From: Nitrospinales bacterium
Lineage (GTDB): Bacteria; Nitrospinota; Nitrospinia; Nitrospinales; VA-1
Assembly (NCBI GenBank): GCA_965262115.1
Contig: OZ253496.1
Span: 1,472,001 to 1,536,000 of the forward strand
Direction: 5' to 3'
Length of the DNA: 64,000 nucleotides
Position 1 is the first letter of the stretch. Every line of letters begins with the position of its first letter. The translations under genes and the position numbers were made by a program. The notes below the pieces were generated by a model, which made no database searches, was not told the origin of the DNA, and saw only the letters and a list, made by a program, of their open reading frames with translations. This document shows, one piece after another, positions 63,816-64,000 of this stretch.

Positions 63816-64000
63816 TCAGTAAGGCAGCAAAGTCTTAATGCGTTTTGCGTCTCCGGCCGCCATAATGCTGGCTTTTCGCAGGTTTCTTTTTCTTTTGGTG
63901 GTTTTACTTGTCAGTATATGGCTGGTGAAAGCGCTATTCCGGCGAATTTTTCCGGTGCCTGTTTTACGAAACCGCTTGGCGGCACCTCTATTGGTTTTCA
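63816..64000 (-). CDS. rpmI: 50S ribosomal protein L35 (5' end off the window)
   Basis: [16 protein letters not shown]...HILT.K...LLPY on the minus strand; absent from the ORF track. Confidence 0.95.
   Translation of the reverse strand, partial: KTNRGAAKRFRKTGTGKIRRNSAFTSHILTSKTTKRKRNLRKASIMAAGDAKRIKTLLPY

Overview
Bacterial chromosomal window, mostly housekeeping genes. Gene content suggests a Nitrospinota/deltaproteobacteria-like organism; this is inference only. Order: serS, a cluster of all four tRNA-Ser isoacceptors plus an unusual tRNA-Arg(GCG), SRP RNA, dnaX-ybaB-recR, tRNA-Asn, hemB, lgt, trhP, hpnH, a decaying type IV pilus locus, a SpoIIE phosphatase, actP, tRNA-Leu, folD, xseAB, frameshifted tlyA, gpmA, a broken IS1182, rpsB-tsf-pyrH-frr-uppS-cdsA-dxr-ispF, a fabF-acp-(two FAD oxidoreductases)-fabG-fabZ-fabI lipid cluster, an amino-acid symporter with a porin, and rpmI-rplT-pheS. 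Most notable: (1) an AT-rich three-gene cassette (TIGR04255-like, unknown, ART-like) between two tRNA-Ser genes, a candidate toxin-antitoxin-chaperone defence system; (2) two Fic islets, each bounded by a duplicated 3' end of an aminoacyl-tRNA synthetase gene (serS, pheS) and each carrying a 31-bp-spaced pair of NrdR-like boxes; (3) the FAS-II cluster with two phytoene-desaturase-like enzymes; (4) several nested families of intergenic palindromic repeats and MITEs; (5) an A9 slippage-type site in dnaX. All calls are by eye and no database searches were run.
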